Source of the DNA: Trichoplax sp. H2
Taxonomy: Eukaryota
Assembly (NCBI GenBank): GCA_003344405.1
Contig: NOWV01000194.1
Coordinates: 121,606 to 141,605, forward strand
Direction of reading: 5' to 3'
Length of the DNA: 20,000 bases
The notes under the pieces are model-generated. The model did not search any database. It was not told the DNA's origin and saw only the letters and a list, made by a program, of their open reading frames with translations. Numbering within the stretch: position 1 is the stretch's first letter; each line of letters opens with the position of its first letter. This document shows, in pieces, positions 1 to 10,090 of the stretch. The position numbers and the translations under genes are program-made.

Positions 1-1
1 T

Positions 2-472
2 ATTGCTGCGACATATAACAACATTGCAAGTGTCTATCATAATCAAGGCAAGCATGATGACGCTCTATTAAAGTATAACATATCACTTAAGATTATACAA
101 GAACAACTTGGTGACAATCATCCGAATGCTGCTAAGTTATATGACAACATTGGGGGTGTTTATGATAATCAAGGCAAGTATGACGACGCTGTATCCATGT
201 ATAAGAAATCGCTCAAGATTCGGCTAGCAACAACTGGTAATAACCATCCGAGTACTACGCAATCCTACCGAAATATAGCAACAATCTATCGTAAGCAGTC
301 TAACTACACTCAAGCTATCGAATTCTATCAAAAATCATTCGATAGTTTATGCTACCTCTACGGAGAAAATCATCCTCAAGTCGTCAAAGATAAACAAATA
401 CTTGACCAATGTCGACTACTTAAAAGCAAGGCTAATACCTCATTATGGCAAGACTGCAGTAAGTCTGAATAG
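2..472 (+). CDS. TPR-array gene 1, 3' end (5'-partial): last 42-aa TPRs plus divergent C-terminal cap
   Basis: The frame is open from position 2: IAATYNNIASVYHNQGKHDDALLKYNISLKIIQEQLGDNHPN AAKLYDNIGGVYDNQGKYDDAVSMYKKSLKIRLATTGNNHPS TTQSYRNIATIYRKQSNYTQAIEFYQKSFDSLCYLYGENHPQVV...DCSKSE, with TAG at 470-472. The ORF-track start at 197 is an internal Met. Confidence 0.92.
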   Translation: MAATYNNIASVYHNQGKHDDALLKYNISLKIIQEQLGDNHPNAAKLYDNIGGVYDNQGKYDDAVSMYKKSLKIRLATTGNNHPSTTQSYRNIATIYRKQSNYTQAIEFYQKSFDSLCYLYGENHPQVVKDKQILDQCRLLKSKANTSLWQDCSKSE

Positions 473-1450
473 AATAGAATAACGATGACTTTACCCCTAT
501 TGCAAGTGATTAATACTATCCTCTTGTCCTCTTGCATAGTAACTTAATCGTTTAATATCGATTACAAACTAGTCATGATATAAATGCACACGATCAAATC
601 ATTTTTAACATTTCCTCTATAATTTTTAATATAGCATAGATTAATAAGCGCATGACTAACCCTAACGTCCTAAAATACTCAATGTAAATCTTTACCAGTA
701 ACTGAACAGTCTATTTTCATCCGGTACAACGATTTGAACGAAATAGATAGAATTAAGTTTAAATTTACTTTGTTAATCGATTCTTAATAAGAAATAAGAA
801 AATGAAGTGTTAGCGTACACAACTTGGCATGGTTTTCCTTGAATAGCTCTATCTCGCAATAAGGTTGGAAATACAATAAGGCATCCAATTATAATCACAA
901 CTAACAAATCAAATTCATTGAAATGCTTAGGCACTTTCCTATCGATATCATCGATGTAGTCAATAAACTAGTCAAAATGAATTATATTACAGTATATACT
1001 AACATACAAGCGAAACTATAAATATTTTCATTTTGAAATTATCGTGCCCTCTTTATTTTACCCCGTATTTTAAGCAGTAGGAAAGCCATACATTTTAAGG
1101 GATTACTGTACATTGTACACTAGCATATTGAAATGCATTACAAGATAAACAATTTGCTTTTGATAATCATTTATCATTTCAAAAATAATATTTATACAGG
1201 TAAGAGAGAATCATTTCAGTAACTTTTCACGGCAGTTTCGTTTACTATCATAAGTACATTGCCCTAATGAATACAATACATCTAAGCAATCAGAGATCAT
1301 TGGTGGCAATTGATATAACACTTAACGCAGCAAAATAATTCAAATCTTCTCAAGCAATAAAGTCAACAGTTTTGCGTAAAATATTTCAAAACATAGTTTG
1401 TCCAGTTGAATCACCATTGATTTAGTTTTCAATTTACAGCTGCAAAGTTA
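473..1450 (+). repeat. 3' flank of TPR gene 1, paralogous to 10091-11025
   Basis: Colinear shared blocks include tattgcaagtgattaatactatc, catccggtacaacgatttgaacgaaatagatagaatt, gaaatacaataaggcatccaatt, tagtcaaaatgaattatat and tcaacagttttgc. The end boundary is approximate. Confidence 0.88.
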
Positions 1451-1465
1451 AAAGCTGCCAATTAA

Positions 1466-1769
1466 TTATTCTTCAACAAAATTGATGATGAGTTGTTCCT
1501 TAATCTTCATATTAAAGTTCCTGTAGTAATCAAGGTGAATTACATTCATGAAATAAATTGCATTCTTCTGCAGCCTATGTAAAAAAAATAAGCAGCTTAC
1601 CAAAGAGGCTTGTGCTATTGCTTTACTTGAAATTCTCTGATTAATAATAATATAAGCGGAGCTCTTGATGGAATTAGCAGAAGCGATAATAAATAAGCAA
1701 AGTGCTTTAAATTTATTAGTCAAGACAAGATTAGCACTTCCATTGACAAGACAAATAACTTTCCATTAA
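1466..1769 (+). pseudogene. Possible decayed death-effector-domain (DED)-like coding relic
   Basis: Fragments LFFNKIDDEL (1466-) / ILKFL (1509-) / LCKKNKQLTKEACAIALLEIL*LIII*AELLMELAEAIINKQSALNLL (1575-) follow the order of the DED pattern (ISEEL..LKFLC..ALDLF..L..LL.ELL..I.R.DLL). The reading needs a frameshift and has in-frame stops. Resemblance is by eye only. Confidence 0.2.
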
Positions 1770-2500
1770 TTTCTTTTTGTACTTCAATATTATGTATATC
1801 ATTAACATAAAAACAAACCTAAGCAGTCGTAGTTCTTTATTATTAAAGCAAATAACTTGTACGAAATGTTACGCGTTGTTAGCATAGTAGACAGCAGTTA
1901 TTTAAATAAAATTAGTACTAATGTAATATTGTACACAATTAAAGTTCTCTCTAACAACCGCATTATCTAATTATTTTGGTGTATTATGTTTATTTTGATA
2001 ATATATTCACGCTTTCTTTATTTGTAGCTGAAGAATAAGTACAACAGCATTTGAAGTAGTGGTAGTCAATGTTAGAGTAATTTTATTTATAGACAATGTA
2101 GGAAATGTTAATTGCGTAGCAGCCAACTCCGCTTACTTGATCGATCATTTCTTTCAAAACAATGTTAGAAAACTAACAATTCATTACATAGCGCAAAGAT
2201 AAAGTCTTTTTGAATTGATATTGTAATAAATTAAAGCACAGTAGCGCTTAAGTAGAGATCAACAGCAAAATTACTTTTTGCGATGTTAATCATTATTTAA
2301 AATACTTGAATCATCAACGGTAAAGCAGTCATTGCAATTGCTTCATAATTTGAAATAATAGCTTAGAAAAAATGGTTAACAACGAAAATCACTTATTTAA
2401 AGCAACGTATTGGCTGTTATTAAATGACAATGATAAACAAATTGTATTTTGTTATTAAGGCTTTATACTCAAGAGAAATCAATGATTATTTTACTTCTAG

Positions 2501-2548
2501 ATACAGAATCAAAACAATGCCATTCGATAAAAAGTACCAATGGTCAAG
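2501..2548 (+). CDS. 48-nt phase1-phase1 linker exon of Death-domain gene
   Basis: Acceptor ttttacttctAG|2501 and donor 2548|GTAAAG. It reads (x)AT-TESKQCHSIKSTNGQ-G, open, and splices in frame to the exon at 2671. Confidence 0.6.
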
Positions 2549-2670
2549 GTAAAGATAGCTTGTGAGCTAGTTTACAACACAGAAAGATCGCAATCAGAGT
2601 TGCATTTCAGAAATCATCTTGCTAATCTAGATTACTCAAGCTAATCTGCACTATCATTGTAACATTACAG

Positions 2671-3017
2671 ATCCAAAGCATCACTTTTTCGAAATTGCGT
2701 TCCATATAAGCTACGACTGGACTAAATTAGCTGCAGCATTAGATCCATTCATTGATGTTAGTAGCATCAAAACTGAAGAGAGTAAAATTTTTGATCAAGC
2801 AAGGCTATTTCTCGATAAATGGTACTGTAAGAATACGCCAAATGTTAGTGTCGATCAATTACAGGTAGCTCTACAAAAAATAGGTAGAAATGATATAATT
2901 TCTAGTTTAGGACATTTACTAAAGAATGACGAACGCACATACCTCAAGCGTTGCACTTGCAATAATTTTCTGTGGTATGATGAAAACGTTGTTTACTATT
3001 TGTTAATTCTATTGTAA
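2671..3017 (+). CDS. Death domain (DD) exon; no in-frame ATG, needs upstream exons
   Basis: Branch-like gCTAAT at 2641 and acceptor aacattacAG|2671. Stop-free frame to TAA 3015-3017: DPKHHFFEIAFHISYDWTKLAAALDPFIDVSSIKTEESKIFDQARLFLDKWYCKNTPNVSVDQLQVALQKIGRNDIISSL... This matches the DD signature (IA..I..DW..LA..L; QA..L..W; L..AL.KIGR.DI). An alternative donor TG|GTATGA lies at 2975. Confidence 0.85.
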
Positions 3018-3130
3018 CTGAATCGCTGCATATATATCTACATACATGTATTCAAATCAGCTTAGCAATATTCACTTAAAATATATAAAATTGCTATTAT
3101 AACGAAGGGTATGAGTTATTGGTATGTTTT

Positions 3131-3595
3131 TGTAGTGTATTTAGAATATACTGTAACTATATTCTACTCTTAAATATAGACATGTTGTATTGATCTTATA
3201 TTTACACACATCTACAGTCTGTTCGCTCTACATTCAAATATGGCTTACTACATTTAGTTATTACAGTCCTCGCTATTTTATACAATCATCTGCTATTCTA
3301 TAACCTTTTATGGTATATGTTGTATCTAATCCTACAATCATGTTCTCTGCATGTGTTCTAATGCCATAGCAATAAATACTTGCCGTTTTCTACCTTAGAT
3401 TTGTTAAGTTGCATTATTAGTCACAGTTAGTATTCACACTTTACTCATGGCAGCTACCACGCTGACCTACCCTAATTATCACACTGTACCTAACTACTAT
3501 CTACAATAAAGTATCCTCTTTTCTTAAGCTCCTTGTGCAATTCTCTGCATGGCAACTAAAACCACATTATCTGACTCTTCGAACCCCCCATCACA
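3131..3595 (+). mobile_element. Solo LTR-like element A (465 bp)
   Basis: Starts TGTAGTG and ends CATCACA. Perfect 5-bp direct repeat GTTTT at 3126-3130 and 3596-3600. AATAAA at 3505-3510. No coding content seen. Confidence 0.72.
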
Positions 3596-4593
3596 GTTTT
3601 CACACTGTCTGTGTCTTTTTGCAGATATTAAATAATTCATGTATTACTGCACATAGTTTATTTTGAGGCTTTCAAGTTGTCATTTAATATAGAAGTGAGT
3701 TGCGCTATGGAATTGTCGTTAAAACTGCAGAGGGAAAATAGCAGGCGACCGCTATATTTAATCTAATGTACGATCTATATTTATTAGTTTCAAATGTTAA
3801 ACTGTGGATAATCCCCTTCACAGATACTCTGCAGTATTGTATCTATTTGCCAGATTTCTTAATTGATTACCGAAATTAGTTAATAAATTTGCTTTATTCT
3901 TTTAATGGTAACGGATTACATTACAGGTTGTATGCTAGTAAAATTCTCATATTTTGTTTACACAATATTATTAACTATTCCTCTTCACATTGAAAATTTT
4001 CAAGAAAATATAAATATTATAACAGAATAACTCTAAATCTTTGAATTTCAAGACCATAACAGCAAAAAGCTCGAGCTCGCTGATTTTACTTTGCTCAACG
4101 AACAGAATTCTATTCGTTATTGTCCAAAAGATAAATTAATTTATTAGATCTATGAGTTGTGTCATTAAAGCTTAATCACAGTCTATATTAGGAATAGCTG
4201 GATAAGCCGCTTACGACAAGGTACTCATGTGTTTAGAAATACTCAAAATATTCATGCAATAAAATTTGTAAAATTTACATAATTTTTCTCAATAGTTAGC
4301 TGCTTACAATGGAGAAGCTTTTGTAAAAACAGAATCCGTATCGTAAAATCAGAATTATAATTTTGGCATTTCTGCAGTAGTACGGTTTACACCGAGGCGT
4401 AGGTCAGATAGTCTCGTTCATACATTCTTAGATTCCGTGATCCTTTCGCGAGTTGTGGAGTATATATTTTCACTGGCTGAGTATCAACAGTGCCGTTTAA
4501 GAAATGTTAATTATTGTTAGCCAAGTATTATCGATTTGTCTGATGCCATCGTACTGCATTCGTATATATATGCCAATAGCATCAAGCTGACAA

Positions 4594-6091
4594 TATTTCA
4601 CTGATAATAATTCCGCTAAGTTACTATTAATTGTGAACATTGTAACAATTGCAAGTAAAGATAAATGGATTAGGATTAGATCTCGTCTAAGTATTAGCAG
4701 TATTATATATAAACTGAAAGTACTCAGTTATACATTTCAATTATAGCATCTACGAAATATTTATTTTGTCAGGAAGTGATGAATGTACATCGCAATAAAT
4801 AGTTTTCATAATTGGCTTAAATACGAGTATGTTACTAATTATAATCTATATCCTTATAAAAGAAGGTAGAAAGTAGTTGGTAACTGTAATTACTGATTAT
4901 ACTTGCAGATATCAAGAAAAGTATATAAAGTAACTTTAGTTGATATTATAGTTCTTTCTCGTAATAAAATGATGTAAAAAATTAAAATGCTAAGCTAAGC
5001 TTTTACAAAACTTTAATTCTACTTCGTGCATCCCAATCGACTCGATGTAACTTAGACATCAAATAAAATAGAGAAAAACCCCAACAACAACTAATTCAAA
5101 ATTTGCTAAGAGATAGTTTAGCAATCTTTCAAATTGCTTACTGCTACTTAAGGCCGCCTTCTTGTATGCGTATATAAAATCATATATTCATAGTGTAGTT
5201 ATGAAATCTGTTGTTATTAGTAAAGGATAATATGCGAGGCTATATTCTCATACTACATCTTCTCATTTCGGCTCATAACTCAAGACACAGTAATAAGCCA
5301 CTCAGCCGACTATCAGATATTGCATCACATCTAATAAAATCTGCAAGTAAAAACAAGTTATAATTTCTTATCATCATGGTTTTCACTTATGCAGTACGCG
5401 GTAATAAGTATACTAGTTTTGATAAATAATTGAATTAGCTTATAGTACAATCAATATTCGAATATGTAATTAATTAATATAGAAATTGTAATGAAATTCA
5501 TAATGGTACATAATTACGAACTACTGGTAATTACGGGCAATTTAATTCAAGATCTGCGCTTATTGATGTCTATCTATTCTTTACGTAGCTAGTTAATTAT
5601 TATGAACACAAGCATATAATATCGTCATATTATTCAAATCACGTTTGCATTATGTACATTTCTTGTATTGATTTATGCTTGACGTTACATTGACTTCTGC
5701 TAGTGTTATGCTAATTAATGGGTTGATGATACTGTTACCGCGTTTATTCAAAAATCCGTCATTTTACAAAAGTGCATTGGTCATATTTGATCGCCATGGA
5801 CACGGATATTATAGTGATGTAGGAAAATAACTAATGATTGTCAGCTGATTAGGGCGTATCTAATCTTATGGATTTAACGATATTCTTAACTGAAGTAGAC
5901 TTTGAAATATCGATTGAACGTTAAAGATAGATATTCTGTAGGTTTCTGTAGATCTATCACAAAAGCCATCCGTATAGTTATCTAAATTTAGCGAATACAT
6001 CGAGAAGAGCATAAAGTACAAATCTATTTTCTTCTATCCTATCTGTTAGTTCTTATTCAAAACTGAAAATAAGAATAATCAGTCTACTACT
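4594..6091 (+). repeat. 5' flank of TPR gene 2, paralogous to 15234-18548
   Basis: Colinear shared blocks include aaatacgagtatgttactaattataatct, atgcgtatataaaatcatatattcatag, ccactcagccgactatcaga, cgcggtaataagtatactagttttgataaataattgaattag and gaagtagactttgaaatatcgattgaacgtt. The start boundary is approximate. Confidence 0.9.
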
Positions 6092-8770
6092 ATGGCTATT
6101 CGCAATAAAATAGAATCTCTACACAGAAAGGGTCGGAAGTTTCAAAATCGTCAACGTTACGAGGGAGCGATTTATTATTACAGAAGAGTTATTACTCAAA
6201 TAAAGTCGATACCCAAAGGCAAAAATAATGCTCATCAACTTGAATATAATGTTCACCTCGATTTGGCTGATTGTTATAGAGAAAAATATCAATGGATAAA
6301 AGCCTATGCATGGGTTAGTAAAGCAGAGAAATTAGCTAAACAACTACAAGACGAAGTGAAGATTGCAATGTGCTTGGATAGGCGGGGTGAGATTAAACGA
6401 CTTGAAGGTAACTGGAGTAGCGCCTTGGCAGATTTTAAAGATTCTCTTGATTTGAAATTGAAATCGTTAGGAAGTGAAAATATCGATGTTAGTGACTCCT
6501 ATAATAACATTGGCGCTGTATACACTAATCAAGGCAAGTATGGTAAGGCTTTGGCCATGTATAATAAATCAGTGGAGATTAACTCGAAAATTAAAGGCGA
6601 AAATGATATACGTGTTGCTACATTATATAACAACATTGGTAGTGTCTACGATAATCAAGGCAAGTACAAGGACGCTCTATCGATGTATATAAAATCGCAC
6701 AAGATTAGAGTAGTAAGACTTGGTAACAATCATCCGAGTGTTGTCGACTCCTATAACAACATTGCGCTTGTCCATGATCATCGAGGCAAATACGTTGACG
6801 CTCTACGAATGTTAAACAAATCGCTCAGGATTAGACTACGAACATTCGGCGATAATCATCCGAGTGTTGCCGACTCATATAACAACATTGCACTTGTCTA
6901 TAGGAATCAAGGCAAGTATAATGACGCTCTACAAATGTTTAACAAATCCCTCGAGATTAGACTAGCAACACTTGGCTGTAATCATCCGAGTGTTACTGAA
7001 TCATATAATAATATTGCAACTATCTACTGGAATCAAGGTAAGTATAATGATGCTCTAACAATGTATAACAAATCACTTGACATTAAACTAAAAATACTTG
7101 ACGACAATCATCCGAGTGTTGCCGACTTGTATAACAACATTGGTGGTGTCTGTTGCAATCAAGGCAAGCATGATGACGCTCTAACAATGTTTAACAAATC
7201 GCTCAAGATTAGACTGAAAATACTTTGTGATAATCATCCGAGCGTTGCCGACTCATATAACAATATTGCAAGTGTCTATCATCGTCAAGGCGCGTATGAT
7301 GAGGCTCTATCAATGTATAACAAATCACTCAAGATTAGACTAGAAACTCATGGCGACAATCATCCGAGCCTTGCGGAGTCATATAACAACATTGCAAGTG
7401 TCTATCATCATCAAGGCAAGTATGATAGCGCTCTATCAACGTATCATACATCACTAAAGATTGCGCTAGAAAAACTTGGCGACAATCATCCTCATGTTGC
7501 TAACTCATATAACAACATTGCAACTGTCTATGATCATCAAGGCAAGTATAATGACGCTCTATCAAGGTATAACAAATCGCTCAAGATTACACTAGAAACT
7601 TTTGGTGACAATCATCCTCATGTTGCTACGTCATATAACAACATTGGTAGTGTCTATAAGAATCAAGGCAAATATTATAGCGCTCTATCAATGTATAACA
7701 AATCACTCAAGATTAGACTAGCAACACTCGGCGACAATCATCCAAGTGTAGCCAATTCATATAACAACATTGCGCTTGTTTATAAGAATCAAGGCAAGTA
7801 TGATGACGCTTTATTAATGCTTAATAAATCGCTCAAGATTAGACTAGAAACTCTTGGTGACAATCATTCGAGTGTTGCTATGTCATATAGCAACATTGCA
7901 AGTGTCTATGATAATCAAGGCAAGCATGATGACGCTTTATCAATGTATAACAAATCACTCAAAATTAGACTAGAAGCAGTTGGTGACAATCATCCTCATG
8001 TTGCCGACTTATATAACAACATTGCGCTTGTCTATGCTAATCAAGGCAAGTGTGATAACGCTCTATCAATGCTTAGCAAGTCTCTCAAGATTACACTAGC
8101 AACACTTGGAGACAACCATCCGAGTGTTGCCCAGACGTATTACAACATTGCAAAAGTCTATTATAATCAAGGCAAGTATAATGACGCTCTACCAATGTAT
8201 CGCAAATCACTCAAGATTAGACTAGAAACTCTTGGTGACAATCATTCAAGTGTTGCCGATTCATATAACAACATTGGTGGTATTTATAAGAATCAATGCA
8301 AGTATGATGATGCTCTATCAATGTATAACAAATCACTCAAGATTAGACTAGAAACACTTGGTGACAATCATCCGAGCGTTGCTAACTCATATAATAACAT
8401 TGGACTTGTCTATGTTCATCAAGGCAAGTATGACGACGCTTTATCAATGTATAACAAAACACTCGAGATTCAAGTAAAAGCTCTTGGCGACAATCATCCT
8501 CATATTGCCAACTCATATAACAATATTGGGATTGTCTTTGATCATCTGGGCAAGTATGATGATGCTTTATCCATGCATAGCAAATCACTCCAGATTAGAC
8601 GAGCAACACTTGGAGACAATCATCCTGATGTTGCCAACTCTAATAACAACATTGCGCTTGTTCATAATAAGAAACAAAGCAGGTATAATCTCGCTATACC
8701 GATATATAACAACAACTCACTCAACATTAGACTAGCAATATGTGGTGGCAATCATCCTGTTGTTTTCTAG
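6092..8770 (+). CDS. TPR-array gene 2 (892 aa): 132-aa N-terminal divergent TPR cap + 18 tandem 42-aa KLC/NPHP3-type TPRs; lacks C-cap owing to a premature stop
   Basis: Uninterrupted ORF with repeat consensus VAxSYNNIAxVYxxQGKYDDALSMYNKSLKIRLxTLGDNHPS. The stop TAG falls at the third codon of repeat 19, and repeat-like DNA continues beyond it. Confidence 0.9.
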   Translation: MAIRNKIESLHRKGRKFQNRQRYEGAIYYYRRVITQIKSIPKGKNNAHQLEYNVHLDLADCYREKYQWIKAYAWVSKAEKLAKQLQDEVKIAMCLDRRGEIKRLEGNWSSALADFKDSLDLKLKSLGSENIDVSDSYNNIGAVYTNQGKYGKALAMYNKSVEINSKIKGENDIRVATLYNNIGSVYDNQGKYKDALSMYIKSHKIRVVRLGNNHPSVVDSYNNIALVHDHRGKYVDALRMLNKSLRIRLRTFGDNHPSVADSYNNIALVYRNQGKYNDALQMFNKSLEIRLATLGCNHPSVTESYNNIATIYWNQGKYNDALTMYNKSLDIKLKILDDNHPSVADLYNNIGGVCCNQGKHDDALTMFNKSLKIRLKILCDNHPSVADSYNNIASVYHRQGAYDEALSMYNKSLKIRLETHGDNHPSLAESYNNIASVYHHQGKYDSALSTYHTSLKIALEKLGDNHPHVANSYNNIATVYDHQGKYNDALSRYNKSLKITLETFGDNHPHVATSYNNIGSVYKNQGKYYSALSMYNKSLKIRLATLGDNHPSVANSYNNIALVYKNQGKYDDALLMLNKSLKIRLETLGDNHSSVAMSYSNIASVYDNQGKHDDALSMYNKSLKIRLEAVGDNHPHVADLYNNIALVYANQGKCDNALSMLSKSLKITLATLGDNHPSVAQTYYNIAKVYYNQGKYNDALPMYRKSLKIRLETLGDNHSSVADSYNNIGGIYKNQCKYDDALSMYNKSLKIRLETLGDNHPSVANSYNNIGLVYVHQGKYDDALSMYNKTLEIQVKALGDNHPHIANSYNNIGIVFDHLGKYDDALSMHSKSLQIRRATLGDNHPDVANSNNNIALVHNKKQSRYNLAIPIYNNNSLNIRLAICGGNHPVVF
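6488..8761 (+). repeat. Coding tandem repeat, 126-bp period, 18 units
   Basis: Recurring tataacaacattg...aatcaaggcaagtatga...ctcaagattagactag...gacaatcatccgagtgttg every 126 nt. Unit 18 carries two extra codons. Confidence 0.95.
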
Positions 8771-9327
8771 TCCAATAACAAAATTGCTGGTGTCTATAAT
8801 AATCAGAGCAAGAATGATGCTACGCTATCAATGTATAACAGATCATGCAATACTACATTAGCAACACTTGGTTACAAGCATCCGAGTCTTGCCAAGTCAT
8901 ATATCGATGCTACTGTTTATAATTATAAGAATTAAAGCAAGTACGTATGATATCGCTCTATCAATGTATAACAAATCACTCAAGGTAACACTAGCAACAC
9001 TTGATGACAATCATCCGAGTGTTGCCGACTCATATGACAACGTCGGTGGTATCTATAAGAATCAAGGCAAGTACCGTATGATGATGCTCTATCAATGTAT
9101 AACAAATCACTCAAGATTAGACTAGAAACTTTTGGAGACAAGCATCCGCGTGTTGCCGACTCATATAACAATATTGTAAGTGTTTATTATAATCAAGGCA
9201 AGTTTGATGGCACTCTATAATGCATAACAAATCACTCAAGATTATACACTAGCAACACTTGGTGACAATCATCTGAGTCGGGCCGGTCATATAACAACAT
9301 TGCGCTTGTCTATGCTAATCAAGGCAG
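8771..9327 (+). pseudogene. Decayed TPR repeats 19-23 of gene 2
   Basis: The same 126-bp motif continues with stops and frameshifts (e.g. aagaatTAAagcaagtacgtatga, caaggcaagtaccgtatgatgat). It is cut at NQG by the LTR insertion. Confidence 0.88.
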
Positions 9328-9784
9328 TGTAGTAGTTTCAGCTAATTACAGTAAAAATTAAAATACGGTAGTATTAAGAAGTAGAATAGTCTACTATGCT
9401 TATAAGGTAATTCCATGATTGCTGATGATGAAACGGTGTACTTATACTATTCGTACTAATGTGTATAAGGCCGCAGTAGTCAGCTATGTAAGGTTATGCT
9501 TATGTGTAATGCCTTAATATAACTGTTAGATAATACGGAATACAATTATTATCGTGGAGAGTAACTTGATTATCCGGTTTATCTTGGCCACTTTCGACTG
9601 TTATTATGAGGGAAGAAAAGTAGATTCTTCTCTTGTCAAGCGTTCTAATAATAAATGATTCTTTAAGGTTAAACACGGTGTTTACCTAATCTTGTGTCAC
9701 GTTAGAGATTTGCTCAATTTTAATAATTCAGATTTCGAGTGAGACGATTGCAAATCTAAGGGGTTGTAAAACCCAAGCACTACA
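9328..9784 (+). mobile_element. Solo LTR-like element B1 (457 bp) inserted into a TPR repeat
   Basis: Termini TGTAGT...ACTACA. It splits the conserved aatcaaggcaagtatgatgac. Flanks are gcag (left) and gcaag (right), i.e. a near-perfect TSD. TATAAGGCC at 9464 and AATAAA at 9650-9655. A homologous inverted copy lies at 13879-14335. Confidence 0.82.
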
Positions 9785-10090
9785 GCAAGTATGATGACGT
9801 CCTATCTATGTATAATAAATAACTCAAGATTAAACTAGTAACACTTGTAACAACCATTCGAGTTCTACCCTATCCTACCGAAATCAAGCAGCAACCTATC
9901 GTAAACAGGCTAACTACATTCAATCTATCCAATGCTATCAAAAACCAATCAATAGTTTACGTTATCTTTATGGAGATAATCATCCTCAAGTCGTCGAAGA
10001 CAACACATGCAGGACGAATATTATCGTCAACTACTTTAAAATGACAGGGCCAACATCTCGTCACTGCAAGACTACAGTAAGATTGAATAG
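9785..10090 (+). pseudogene. Remainder of split repeat and frameshifted C-terminal cap of gene 2
   Basis: Aligns to about 174-472 of gene 1 (tcctaccgaaat, ctaactaca, aatcatcctcaagtcgtc, cagtaag..tgaaTAG) with a stop and indels. The ancestral stop is at 10088-10090. Confidence 0.88.

Noticed and set aside
1466..1723. 85-aa minus-strand ORF
   Set aside because: TTG start in a eukaryotic context, low-complexity AT-driven composition and no recognisable motif.
2028..2097. Putative exon after the acceptor ttctttatttgtAG
   Set aside because: Stops in all three frames within 30 nt; at best a decayed or UTR exon.
2671..6092. DD exon spliced to TPR gene 2 as one DD-TPR fusion protein
   Set aside because: The donor at 2975 is phase 2 and the acceptor at 6050 is phase 0. 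The bridging exon candidate 3625-3694 has the right length but introduces TGA and TAA. Not supportable without RNA data.
6474..6692. 72-aa alternative-frame ORF (and its twin at 18931-19170)
   Set aside because: Shadow frames of the TPR genes with GTG starts. Their conservation is explained by the main-frame paralogy.
6092..8770. Assignment as true kinesin light chain or nephrocystin-3 orthologue
   Set aside because: Only the 42-aa repeat type is shared. There is no heptad region or NTPase domain, and the repeat number and tandem paralogy do not fit.
8382..9171. Small ORFs 8382-8588, 8484-8735, 8868-9125, 8980-9171
   Set aside because: Off-frame or antisense shadows of TPR repeats. 8868-9125 only drifts into the TPR frame through pseudogene frameshifts.
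6488..9327. Regular repeat with variable parts as a CRISPR array or DGR template/variable repeat
   Set aside because: The 126-bp units are in-frame protein-coding TPRs. There are no unique spacers, cas genes or reverse transcriptase, and no evident adenine-only variation.
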